Shown here piece by piece: positions 33,100 to 41,855 of a stretch of DNA of 64,000 nt (within the stretch, counting starts at the first letter, position 1; every line of letters begins with the position of its first letter). The stretch lies in the NCBI GenBank assembly GCA_963666565.1, contig OY762911.1:3264001-3328000 (forward strand), written 5' to 3'. The translations under genes were made by a program, and so were the position numbers. This DNA comes from Thermoanaerobaculia bacterium. GTDB lineage: Bacteria; Acidobacteriota; Thermoanaerobaculia; Multivoradales; Multivoraceae. The notes beneath the pieces were generated by a model. That model was not told where the DNA came from, did no database searches, and saw only the letters and a list, made by a program, of their open reading frames with translations.

Positions 33100-34179
33100 A
33101 TGGGCAGGGGAACAGGGGCCGCTCGCCGGCCCTACACCGTAGGCGCGCTCTTCTGCGGCATGGGCGGCTTCGCTTCAGGTATGGACCGGGAGGGGTTCGA
33201 CCTGCGCTGGGCCAGCGACTCCGACGCGGCTGCTTGCGCCACGTTTCACCACCGCTTCCCTCACGTCCCCGTGCTCGAGAGGGATGTGGCGGATCTCTCC
33301 GTGGCAGCCGATCGCCTCGATCCTGTCGATGTCCTGACGGCGGGCTTTCCGTGCCAGAGCTTCTCGCAAGCGGGCGACCGTCGGGGCTTCGACGATCCGC
33401 GTGGCCGGACGTTCCTCGAGATCATCCGCCTTGTTGGTGAGTTCGCTGAGACTGAAAGGCCCCGACTACTCTTGTTGGAGAACGTCCCGCACCTTCTCCA
33501 CGGCGCCGGAGGCGCCTGGTTCGACAGGGTGCGGCGTGAGCTGAGGCGCGCCGGCTACTGGTTTCGGCAGTCCGCCTGCTGGGTGGCCAACGTGAAGGAC
33601 GAGACCGCCCTTCCTCAAGACCGCGAGCGCCTGTTCATGGTGGCCGCTTCCAGACACCACTTCAGTTTCAACCCGTTCAGGCCTCCGGCAGACCGTCCTG
33701 AGACCGCCCAGCCCAGATTGTCCGCGAAGCTGAATGGCAAGCACGGTCTGGACGAGTTCGTCGACCGGGGCCACCGCCGAGAACCCTCCGAGTACTTGTC
33801 CCCACACAACCGCTACTTCAAGATGATCGCCCGGAAGATGGAGACTGGCGACCACCGGAACATCTACCAACTCAGGCGCTCCTACGTGCGCGAGAAGAAA
33901 GACGGCCTCTGCCCCACGCTCACAGCCAACATGGGGATCGGCGGACACAACGTCCCCTTCATACGGGACGAATGGGGAATCCGCCGGCTCGGCGTGGATG
34001 AAGTCGCTCGCCTCCAGGGGTTCAGCGACCCCCACAGCCTGTTTCCGGCGGAGATCCCTGCCACGGAACGCTATCGTCTGCTCGGCAACGCGGTATGCGC
34101 TGACCTCGCCACGGTGGTCGCCGGGCGCTGCATCGATATCCTGGTTGAACACTCCATACGGCCCAGCGAGGGAGACTAG
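33100..34179 (+). CDS. DNA (cytosine-5)-methyltransferase
   Basis: Motifs I LFCGMGG, IV GFPCQSFS, VI ENV, VIII PQDRER, IX RLQGF, X GNAV; start ATG 33100 or GTG 33091. Confidence 0.95.
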   Translation: MGRGTGAARRPYTVGALFCGMGGFASGMDREGFDLRWASDSDAAACATFHHRFPHVPVLERDVADLSVAADRLDPVDVLTAGFPCQSFSQAGDRRGFDDPRGRTFLEIIRLVGEFAETERPRLLLLENVPHLLHGAGGAWFDRVRRELRRAGYWFRQSACWVANVKDETALPQDRERLFMVAASRHHFSFNPFRPPADRPETAQPRLSAKLNGKHGLDEFVDRGHRREPSEYLSPHNRYFKMIARKMETGDHRNIYQLRRSYVREKKDGLCPTLTANMGIGGHNVPFIRDEWGIRRLGVDEVARLQGFSDPHSLFPAEIPATERYRLLGNAVCADLATVVAGRCIDILVEHSIRPSEGD

Positions 34180-34180
34180 C

Positions 34181-36163
34181 GTGGCTGATGACATCGGTTG
34201 GCACTTTCCGCCCACCGGCGGCGGCCAAGAAGACGGCTACAATCACTCTGGGATGGCGCACTTTCGCGGCGCCCGGATCGGGAGCTTGGCTCGCGAGACC
34301 ATCCAGAACTCGCTCGACGCACATGACCAGGGGCCGAAGGCGGTCCATGTGGCTTTCGAGGTCCGTTCGCTCAGCGCGCAGGAGGACTCCTTCGGCCACG
34401 AGGGACTCCGACGGGCGATCGAGTCCTGCCGCGTCCGCGCCGAGGCGGACGAGGACGATGGTGCCGTCGGTGGGCTGACTCGCGCATTGGACCTTCTTGA
34501 AGCTGGCGACGTCGCCTATCTGCGGATCTCCGACCAGAACACGACCGGCCTCACGAACCGCCACTGGAAGGCCCTCGTCAAAGTACAAGGTCTCACCGTC
34601 AAGCAGCCTGGAAGCGATCCTCTCGGTTCGCACGGCATCGGGAAGTACGCCCCGTTTGCGGTTTCGTCGCTCCGTACAGTCTTCTACTGGACTGCCTTTC
34701 CCGAGGACGGCAAAGTTGTAGAGAAGCTGCAGGGAAAGTCCGTACTGATGACCCACGACGGGCCTGAGGGTCCGACCCAGGGAACGGGCTTCTACGGCTA
34801 CCGACACGGATGTCGAGAACTCGACCCGGACCGAATACCGCGCTGCTTCCGGGTCCTGGACAACACCGGGAAGCCACAATCAGGTACGAGCCTGTCCGTG
34901 TTGGGCTTCAGTGCTGATCCGGGCTGGCAGCGAGAGCTCGCAGGACGAGTGCTCGTCAGCTTCTTTCATGCCGTCAGCCACGGCAACCTTGAGACGACGA
35001 TCGAACCCGACGACGAGCTGCAGGAACGCGAGCTCTTGACGATCGACCGGTGCACGATCGGCGATTGGTTCGCCTACTTGGTCGATTCCGCTCGATCCGG
35101 CGACGCCGATCAAGAGCTGGAGGACTTGGCCGAAGCCCGGGCCTTCTGGACGCTGCCGGGCGAGCACGATCAGAAGTTCGAGAAACAGGATCAGGATCTG
35201 GGCCATTGCAAGCTCTACCTGCGCGTAGAGGAGGGCTTGCCAAGCAAGGTCGCACTTGTCCGTCGGTCGGGCATGTTGGTGACCTCGGACCAGAGGGGTC
35301 TGAAGCAGTTTCGCGGACTCGATGACTTCGCTGCCCTGTGCGTCTTCGAGGATCCCGAGGGCAACGAGCTCCTTCGGAAGATGGAGAACCCGCAGCACGA
35401 TCAGTTCGAGCCGGAGCGTCTACCCGACGAAGAGAAGGAGGTCGGCCGCAAGGCACTCAAGCGGGTCACGGACTGGATCAGAAGCAGCATCCGCGAGCAC
35501 GCCAAGCCGCCCGAGACCGCGGCAACGTCGGCCCTAAAGGAAGTGGCTGAACTCCTTCCCGATCCGTATGCGGAGGATGATCTGGGCGGGGGCGCGGCCG
35601 GCGACGGCATCGAGAAGTCCTTCGCGGACCGAATCGAGGAGCTGGCACTCAGGCCGATCAGACGCCGCCCCTCACGCGGCCTCTCCTCAGAAGCTACAGA
35701 AGTGGATGCCAACGCCGAAGGCGACGGCGATTTGGAAGGAGAGCAAGGCGGTCGGGGCGAGGGATCGAACCACGGTGGTGGCGGGGACGGACATGGTCGC
35801 GGAGAGGGCGAAGGCCGAGGTGGAACCGGCTCTCGGGGAGGCAGCGCGACCGCGAAGCTCGTGCCAGTGCATGGCGTTCGCATGCTGCCGCTGGAAGATC
35901 GTCACGAACTGGAGGTCAGCTTCACGAGTACGGAGTCCGGGCTCGTACAGCTCCAGGTCGAGGAAGCAGGAGACGCCTCGGCAATCCCCCACGCCAATCT
36001 GATCGCCTTCGACGAGCATGGCGACCGTATCGACCTGCAGTGCGTGGAGATTCGCGCTCGCCGTCGCTTCCGCCTTCGGATCCGATCCACTGAGCCCATC
36101 CATGACCGGGCATGGCGAGTGGCGCTCAGGCCAGCCGCCGGCGGGGAGTACTCAGGAGGATGA
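34181..36163 (+). CDS. GHKL (HATPase/MORC-like) ATPase-domain protein
   Basis: Bergerat-fold motifs RETIQNSLDA, ISDQNTTGL, GSHGIGK, later GT; Gly/acidic linker and C-terminal beta-rich domain. Confidence 0.75.
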   Translation: MADDIGWHFPPTGGGQEDGYNHSGMAHFRGARIGSLARETIQNSLDAHDQGPKAVHVAFEVRSLSAQEDSFGHEGLRRAIESCRVRAEADEDDGAVGGLTRALDLLEAGDVAYLRISDQNTTGLTNRHWKALVKVQGLTVKQPGSDPLGSHGIGKYAPFAVSSLRTVFYWTAFPEDGKVVEKLQGKSVLMTHDGPEGPTQGTGFYGYRHGCRELDPDRIPRCFRVLDNTGKPQSGTSLSVLGFSADPGWQRELAGRVLVSFFHAVSHGNLETTIEPDDELQERELLTIDRCTIGDWFAYLVDSARSGDADQELEDLAEARAFWTLPGEHDQKFEKQDQDLGHCKLYLRVEEGLPSKVALVRRSGMLVTSDQRGLKQFRGLDDFAALCVFEDPEGNELLRKMENPQHDQFEPERLPDEEKEVGRKALKRVTDWIRSSIREHAKPPETAATSALKEVAELLPDPYAEDDLGGGAAGDGIEKSFADRIEELALRPIRRRPSRGLSSEATEVDANAEGDGDLEGEQGGRGEGSNHGGGGDGHGRGEGEGRGGTGSRGGSATAKLVPVHGVRMLPLEDRHELEVSFTSTESGLVQLQVEEAGDASAIPHANLIAFDEHGDRIDLQCVEIRARRRFRLRIRSTEPIHDRAWRVALRPAAGGEYSGG

Positions 36164-37026
36164 AGTGGGATCCAGGCAAAGCGTTTCCGCATCCCGTTCT
36201 CCGACCCGACCGGCGGGACGAAGGCGACTACCCGACAGCCGAGTTTGAAGCCGACGTCGAAGCGGTCCGCGCCAAGGGAGCGATGGCTGTGGAGGTGTCC
36301 GTCGACTTTGAACTGTCCGACGCCGACCTCAGAAGCCTCGTTGGTCGAGGCGACGCAGAGTGCGTCCTTCTTGTCGAGGCACCTACAACTCGTTTCCGCC
36401 GTCTTCTCAGGGCGACCTGCTACCGCCTGCACGAGAGCTTCCGTGCGGGCGAGTTGAAGGGAAGAGTCGAATTCCGGCCGTTCCTGGTCTGCCTGCGGGA
36501 ACTGGTCGGCTTCAAGGCGGCAGGGTGGCACGCCGACTACGGCAAACGGTCTTTCGACCTCTATCCGGGGTCTGTGCTTGGCCAGGACGAGCCGCGTGCG
36601 TACTGGATCGACACGGAAGACGAGAAGCCGATCGGCTCGATCTTCAAGCACGTGGCGTCAAGCCGCCAAGCGGATGGAACTTGGGTTTGTGACTTGTCCG
36701 GGAACCAGGTCGCGGTTCAGATGTCCGAACGGGACCATGGCCGCTTTGAAGAGGCCGGTCGCCGGCGCCAGGACGACGCCGCATTCCTGATCAACAGCGT
36801 CTACCTCCCGGCCCTTGTCCACGTGCTCAGCGAGGCGGATCGGTCGGAGGACGAGTACTCCGGCTATCGCTGGTTCTCCACGCTCGACCAGAAGCTTGAA
36901 GAACTCGGTTGCCCCCCTCTTGGAAGGGTAGCCCCGGATCGCCTCGCCGATGCTCAGAAGCTGTTGGATTCACCCTTGGGGCGTCTCCCCCAGTTCGCGG
37001 ACCGCGACTCGGAACCGGCGGCATGA
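36160..37026 (+). CDS. Hypothetical protein (FPHPVL N-terminal motif) of the methylase operon
   Basis: 288-aa ORF with ATGA overlaps at both ends. Confidence 0.8.
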   Translation: MKWDPGKAFPHPVLRPDRRDEGDYPTAEFEADVEAVRAKGAMAVEVSVDFELSDADLRSLVGRGDAECVLLVEAPTTRFRRLLRATCYRLHESFRAGELKGRVEFRPFLVCLRELVGFKAAGWHADYGKRSFDLYPGSVLGQDEPRAYWIDTEDEKPIGSIFKHVASSRQADGTWVCDLSGNQVAVQMSERDHGRFEEAGRRRQDDAAFLINSVYLPALVHVLSEADRSEDEYSGYRWFSTLDQKLEELGCPPLGRVAPDRLADAQKLLDSPLGRLPQFADRDSEPAA

Positions 37027-37653
37027 CTCTCCACTACTACAGGCAGGCGATCGTCGACGACTACTTCGACCGCGTTGAGCTGAACCTCGACTGGTACTAC
37101 GAGCCGAACGGGGAAGCGCCAGAACCCCAGGAGACATACACGACCAGATCGGCGCCCATTGAAGCGCGTGATCTGTCGAGCCTCCTGAAGCCACAGGACG
37201 CGAAACCGTCGGAGACGGACGCCGGCAACGCCCTACTCGTCTACGAGGCGCTGAACGCGCTCAGTCCGCATCAGGCGACCGACGAGAGACTCTGGGCCTA
37301 CCTCTGCCACAACAGCTGCTCGGCCTACGTCGCGTGGCGGTGGTTGGGACACCGTCCCGACGCCACTGAGGTGGCGGCCAAGAAAGTGCGCAGTCACTTC
37401 TTCGCCCGCCGGAACGGCTCCAGATCTCTCGTCCGGGACAATGGCGTCTCCAGGCTTTGGTGGCTCGGCTACATCGCGCACCAGATCGACCCGGAACACC
37501 CCCGCAGGTTTCTGGAGATTCTGCTCCACAGGCAGGACGTACGTTCCGCGCTGATCGAGAGGCCCGCGGTGTCGATGAACCTGGAAGTCCTCAAGGCCAT
37601 CTACGGCGTGATGCGGAACCTGTCAACGAGTTTGACACAGGGGCTTCTCGGAT

Positions 37654-38652
37654 TTACTGAGCCATCTCCGATGCTTCGGGGCTCGGCTTGTTGATCCAGA
37701 CGGCCTGAGGCAGGGGTTGGTGCATCGGCTCGCCGCCGACGAATCGTTCCGGGTGGCGTCTCCAGGCGGCGCTCAGCGCTCGCTGGCGCTGTTCGATCGC
37801 GGCTTGCGCCCGGCCGTAGTGGACGGTCTCCGGAGTCAGCATGGCGATGCCGGCATGCCGGTGCTCGGTGTTGTACCAGGGGAAGAAGGACCTGCAGTAG
37901 CCGGTCGCCGCGTCCTGGTCGGGGAAGCGGTCGGGAAAGCCGGGGTGGTACTTCAGGGTCTTGAACTGGGCTTCGGAGAAGGGGTTGTCGTCGCTGACGC
38001 GAGGTCGGCCCAGGGATCGGTTCACGCCGAGGCGGGCGAGCAGTTGGGCGGTACCCTGGCTGGTCATGGGCGCGCCCCGGTCGGAGTGCAGGGTGAGCAC
38101 CGAGGGTTTCACGCCGTGCTTGAGGCAGGTCTCCTCGATGAGCCTCTGGGCGAGCGCGGCATTCTCGCGGTCGGCAACCATCCAGCCGACCGCGTAGCGG
38201 CTGAAAAGGTCGAGCAGGACGTAGAGGTAGTAGTAGCTCCAGGGCCGCGGGCCGAGCAGCCTGGTGATGTCCCACGACCACACCTGGTTGGGCGCGGTGG
38301 CGACCAACTCCGGCTTGGCGTAGGGCGGGTGGACCCGCTGGTTGCGACGGTCCTTCACCTCCCCGTTCGCGCCCAGGATGCGGTACATGGTGCGTTCCGA
38401 GCACAGGTACCGGCCCTCGTCCAGCAGCGTCGCCACCACCTCCGCCGGCGAGCGATCCACGAACCGGGGAGACGCGAGCGTCGCCTGGACCCGCTCCCGC
38501 TCGATCTCGCTCAGCGCCCGGGCGGGCGCGGGTCGGGGCAGCTGGCGCCCGGGAGCGGGCCTCGCCCTACGGTAGAACGTCGATCGCGACACGCCCAGCG
38601 CCCGGCACGCCGGCGCGACGCCGACCTTGCTTGCCAGGGACCGGGCCGCCAT
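37654..38652 (-). CDS. IS3-family transposase OrfB (rve/DDE)
   Basis: PNQVWSWDIT, LDLFSRY.VGW, HSDRG, DNPFSEAQFKTLK, WYNTEHRH. Confidence 0.92.
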   Translation of the reverse strand: MAARSLASKVGVAPACRALGVSRSTFYRRARPAPGRQLPRPAPARALSEIERERVQATLASPRFVDRSPAEVVATLLDEGRYLCSERTMYRILGANGEVKDRRNQRVHPPYAKPELVATAPNQVWSWDITRLLGPRPWSYYYLYVLLDLFSRYAVGWMVADRENAALAQRLIEETCLKHGVKPSVLTLHSDRGAPMTSQGTAQLLARLGVNRSLGRPRVSDDNPFSEAQFKTLKYHPGFPDRFPDQDAATGYCRSFFPWYNTEHRHAGIAMLTPETVHYGRAQAAIEQRQRALSAAWRRHPERFVGGEPMHQPLPQAVWINKPSPEASEMAQ

Positions 38653-39137
38653 CAGCAGTCCTTCCCGTCTTCGAGGCTGAATCCCAGCAGCCCTGCAACT
38701 TTTCCCTGCACGTCCAGGATCGTGTGGGCGGCGGCGAGCTCCCTCTCCAGCCGCTTCACCTTGGCCTCCAGCCGCTTCACCTTCGGCGCCAGAGGGTTGG
38801 CCTCGGTCGGCTTGCGGCCCCGCTTCTTCCGCCGCAGACCGGAAAGCGCGCCCTCGCGCCGCGCCTTGCGCCAGTTGGCCAAGTGCGAGCTGTACAGACC
38901 CTCTCGCCGAAGCAGCCGGCCCACTTCGCCGCGATCCGTGCATCGGTCCGCCTCCTCCAGAATCCGCAGACGGTACTCCGCCGTGAACTGCCGTCTGGTC
39001 GGCTTCGCCACGACCTCCGGGTCGGGAACACCCCCCGCGGGCGACGCGCCGGCCCCGGGGGCCTCGTCGCTCCGCTCCTCACCCCCCGGGGCCGGGAGCT
39101 CCGGGCCACCCCAACGTCTCTGCTCTCGTCTCGCCAT
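38652..39137 (-). CDS. IS3-family transposase OrfA (HTH)
   Basis: RRQFTAEYRLRILEEAD..GEVGRLLRREGLYSSHL..WR; TGATG junction with OrfB, upstream GGGAAAAG possible slippery site. Confidence 0.88.
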   Translation of the reverse strand: MARREQRRWGGPELPAPGGEERSDEAPGAGASPAGGVPDPEVVAKPTRRQFTAEYRLRILEEADRCTDRGEVGRLLRREGLYSSHLANWRKARREGALSGLRRKKRGRKPTEANPLAPKVKRLEAKVKRLERELAAAHTILDVQGKVAGLLGFSLEDGKDC

Positions 39138-39388
39138 CGATCCTCCTTGCCAACGTGTGCCCTCCACTATTCAACGGGATGCCCGCTGTGTCACGTACGT
39201 TGGCAGAGAGGGATGCAGGAGCACTGGCAACAGGAGACGAGAGGCCTGTTCGCGCGCGAGACCTTTCGCACCTGGATGGTCAACATCAACCGGCGCGGAG
39301 GCGTCGTTCTCCTCGACGCTCTTCCGGAACCTGCCTTGACGGCGCTTCTGCGCGACGAGGCCGCGCGGGCCTTGGAGGCGACTGCCGG

Positions 39389-39805
39389 TTGACCGACAAT
39401 CTGAGCCCGGCGGATCGTTCCAGGTGCATGGCGAGCATCCGCTCGCAGGGCATGAAGCCCGAGCGTGCGGTCCGCTCCATGGCGCATCGCCTCGGCTATC
39501 GCTTCCGCTTGCACCGCCGAGACCTGCCCGGCACACCCGACCTCGTCTTCCCGCGACACCGGGCGGTGGTGTTCGTCAACGGCTGTTTCTGGCACTGGCA
39601 CGCCGATCCCATGTGCCCGATTGCTGCGCTCCCGAAGTCCAACCTAGGGTACTGGAAGCCGAAGTTGACCCGTACGCGTTCTCGCGACAGTGAGAACGTG
39701 GCCAAGCTGGTCTGTCTCGGTTGGAGGGTCCTCACGATCTGGGAGTGTGAGCTGCGGGACCCGGAGACCGCGCTCGTGCGGCTTGACCGATTCCTCTCGA
39801 CCTGA
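39389..39805 (+). CDS. vsr: Very short patch repair endonuclease
   Basis: D.LS...RS.CM..I....KPE, GYRFRLH..DLPG.PD, FVNGCFWH, GWRVL.IWEC; TTG start overlapping the preceding stop. Confidence 0.93.
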   Translation: MTDNLSPADRSRCMASIRSQGMKPERAVRSMAHRLGYRFRLHRRDLPGTPDLVFPRHRAVVFVNGCFWHWHADPMCPIAALPKSNLGYWKPKLTRTRSRDSENVAKLVCLGWRVLTIWECELRDPETALVRLDRFLST

Positions 39806-40093
39806 GCCAGCGAATCGCCTGGAAGGGCCGGCGGCCGGTCTGCACGGACCGAGTGACCAAGGCCTTGCATGGAACTGGCCGCCAGAGCAGAGCTGGCCTG
39901 ACGGCCGGCGCGCGTTCCGGCCGCCTGCGGGGACGCCGGCGCACCCAGTATGCGGCCAGTTCCTTGCGCGACAGCGCAGCCTGACGGCTGCGAGTACTCC
40001 TATGCGCCGGCGATCCGAGACGTCTGCCGTCGCGATAGCGGCTTCTTCGAGGCCATGCCGGCGTCTCTGCGGCTGCGGGCCGCAGTGAGCGGG

Positions 40094-40303
40094 TCAGGAC
40101 CGTTCGAACTCCTCCCGGCTGATCCCGAGGTCTCGGAGGATCGCCCGCACAGTACCCGGCCGGAGGTCGCGGCTTCCCCAGTTCGGGATTGTCGTGCGAA
40201 GTCGCGTCGACGGTCGGATCCAGATCTCGTGGCTCCCACGTCCCCTGCGGTCGAACTCGCAGTCGAGACGCCGGAGCTTGCGCGTGAGTTCACGGTACCT
40301 CAA
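40094..40303 (-). CDS. hicA: HicA-family toxin (mRNA interferase)
   Basis: RGRGSHEIW..TTIP....L.PGTVRAILRDLGIS. Confidence 0.85.
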   Translation of the reverse strand: MRYRELTRKLRRLDCEFDRRGRGSHEIWIRPSTRLRTTIPNWGSRDLRPGTVRAILRDLGISREEFERS

Positions 40304-40563
40304 ACAGCGACCATTACCTCGCTGAATCCGCGGCGCTCGCCAAGTTCCACGGCGGCGGCAGCGACCTCGGGAGGAAGCGGATCGCCATGAGCGCGGTGAG
40401 ACTCGATGAACGCCGTCGTGACACTCTGCAGGTTCTCCAGCGCAAGGGCGGCGGTTTCACCCCAGGCCCGGCAGCCGGGCAGCACGGGTACCTCAGCAAG
40501 GTACATTCCCTCCGTGTCTTCCGACGGTTCCTTGAGGACGAATTCGAGCCTGTACAGCTTCAT
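40300..40563 (-). CDS. hicB: HicB-family antitoxin (short, no DNA-binding domain)
   Basis: YLAEVPVLPGC.AWGET...ALENL; GDPLP. Confidence 0.85.
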   Translation of the reverse strand: MKLYRLEFVLKEPSEDTEGMYLAEVPVLPGCRAWGETAALALENLQSVTTAFIESHRAHGDPLPPEVAAAAVELGERRGFSEVMVAV

Positions 40564-40581
40564 GGCGACAGTCGTGAACCG

Positions 40582-40839
40582 CTAGCTCGTGCCGAGTAGG
40601 TGGGACAGTTCCAGAACCGCCGCAAACTGCGCCGCGAGAAATGCCGCGACGCCGCCGTACAGCGTTCGCGTCATCCGCGCCTCGAGCTTCGCCAGGGCGG
40701 CGTCCAGGTCGGACCGCGTGACTAGGCCGTCCTCCGCCACGGCGTTGCGGATCGTTGCCGTCACGGCAGCGGCCTGCTTCGCATCCATGCCGGCGTCCTC
40801 CAGGCCGCGGGCCGCGGTGAGCGTGTCGAAGGTCGTCAT
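40582..40839 (-). CDS. Small coiled-coil/TM protein (DUF1640/CCDC90-like)
   Basis: FDTL..AR.LE.AG....QA.A, LVTRSDL, LEARM, C-terminal hydrophobic stretch. Confidence 0.7.
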   Translation of the reverse strand: MTTFDTLTAARGLEDAGMDAKQAAAVTATIRNAVAEDGLVTRSDLDAALAKLEARMTRTLYGGVAAFLAAQFAAVLELSHLLGTS

Positions 40840-40845
40840 GGGCTG

Positions 40846-41838
40846 TCAGTCTATCCGCTCGGCGCCCCGCTGTCCCCCGGCCGCATCGCGCCTGAACGCC
40901 AGCAGTTCGCCGTAGCGGCCGGCGGCGTCCGGGGGCTCCCGGCCGTTCTCCTCCCGCGCGGCGCGGAGCCAGTCTGCGCTGGCCTTCAGGCCGCCGAAGG
41001 TGAACAGGTGGATGCCGGCCAGCGTGGTTCCCGGATTCCCGGCGAGATGGCGGGCGAGCGGCGCCGCGACGACGTCGGGCGACCAGCGGCCGGTCAGCCG
41101 CATCGCGCCGGGCCGGCGGCGCAGGAAGCGCGCCGACGGGCCGATGCCGCAGCGCGCCGCATAGATCGTCAGCGTATGCAGCCGGGCCGGTCCCGGCACG
41201 CCGATGCGCACTGGCAGCGTGCATCCGGCGTCCTCGATGCGTGCCAGCCAGTTCAGGAACGGCGCCGGCGAGAATCCGAACTGGGTCACGACCCACATCC
41301 GCGTGCCGGTCGCGGCGGCGTACTCGATCTTGCGCGAGAGCGCGGAGTCGAGGCGCCCGCGGTCGACGAAGGGATGACCTTCCGGATGGGCCGCGATTCC
41401 CAGGCTGCGAAAGCCGCGCTCCGCCAGCAGGCCGGAGTCGAGGACCGCCAGAGCGTCGGGATACGGTCCGGCCGCTTCGGCGCGGTCGCCGGCCACGAGC
41501 AGCAGGGAGTCGACGCCGGCGCCGGCCAGTTCGGACAGCCGCGCGTCGAGCTCGGCGGCGCTTCGCAATTCCCTGGCGAGCAGGTGCGGCACGGGCTTCA
41601 TCCCGGCCGACAGGATCCGCTCGCACGCCGCGACCGTGTCCCGCCAGCGGCCCCTGGGCAGGAACGGCACGTAGACGCTGGCGCCCCGGGGAAGGTGGCG
41701 CGCCAGCGATTCGCCCACCGCGTGCGGCGGCACCTCGACCGACGCCCCGACCGCCAGGTCGCGCAGGGCGGACCGCTCGCCGTCCTCGTCCGGCGCCGCC
41801 ATCGACGGCGCGGGCCGCTCCGACGAACCGAACCGCAT
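40846..41838 (-). CDS. metF: Methylenetetrahydrofolate reductase
   Basis: PVPHL.AR, LLVAGD, AAHPEGHP, VTQFGF, GVPGP, HLFTFGG; start ATG 41838 or 41802. Confidence 0.85.
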   Translation of the reverse strand: MRFGSSERPAPSMAAPDEDGERSALRDLAVGASVEVPPHAVGESLARHLPRGASVYVPFLPRGRWRDTVAACERILSAGMKPVPHLLARELRSAAELDARLSELAGAGVDSLLLVAGDRAEAAGPYPDALAVLDSGLLAERGFRSLGIAAHPEGHPFVDRGRLDSALSRKIEYAAATGTRMWVVTQFGFSPAPFLNWLARIEDAGCTLPVRIGVPGPARLHTLTIYAARCGIGPSARFLRRRPGAMRLTGRWSPDVVAAPLARHLAGNPGTTLAGIHLFTFGGLKASADWLRAAREENGREPPDAAGRYGELLAFRRDAAGGQRGAERID

Positions 41839-41855
41839 TCCGCGCGCTCCCGGCC

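Larger units (their letters stand above)
37615..39211 (-). mobile_element. IS3-family insertion sequence (about 1.6 kb) with GATGC duplication
   Basis: Imperfect IRs TGTCAACGAGTTTGACACAG (from 37621) and TGCCAACGTACGTGACACAG (ending 39205); GATGC at 37610-37614 and 39212-39216. Confidence 0.9.
37023..39392 (+). pseudogene. DUF6339-like gene split by an IS3-family element (segments 37023-37614 and 39217-39392)
   Basis: Removing the IS and one GATGC copy gives a 768-nt open frame (...IYGVMQEHWQQ...NRRGGVVLLDAL...); motifs DERLWAYLCH and NGVSRLWW; family name recalled, not searched. Confidence 0.8.

Noticed and set aside
31801-34179. 792-aa methyltransferase fusion
   Set aside because: The N-terminal ~430 aa are the antisense frame of the ISL3 transposase; the methylase starts at 33091/33100.
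35700-35850. Collagen-like or tandem repeat in the GHKL gene
   Set aside because: Low-complexity Gly/Glu linker without regular Gly-X-Y periodicity or DNA-level repeats.
39806-40093. Possible small gene or att site after vsr
   Set aside because: No convincing ORF, and no direct repeat matching the left island border was found.
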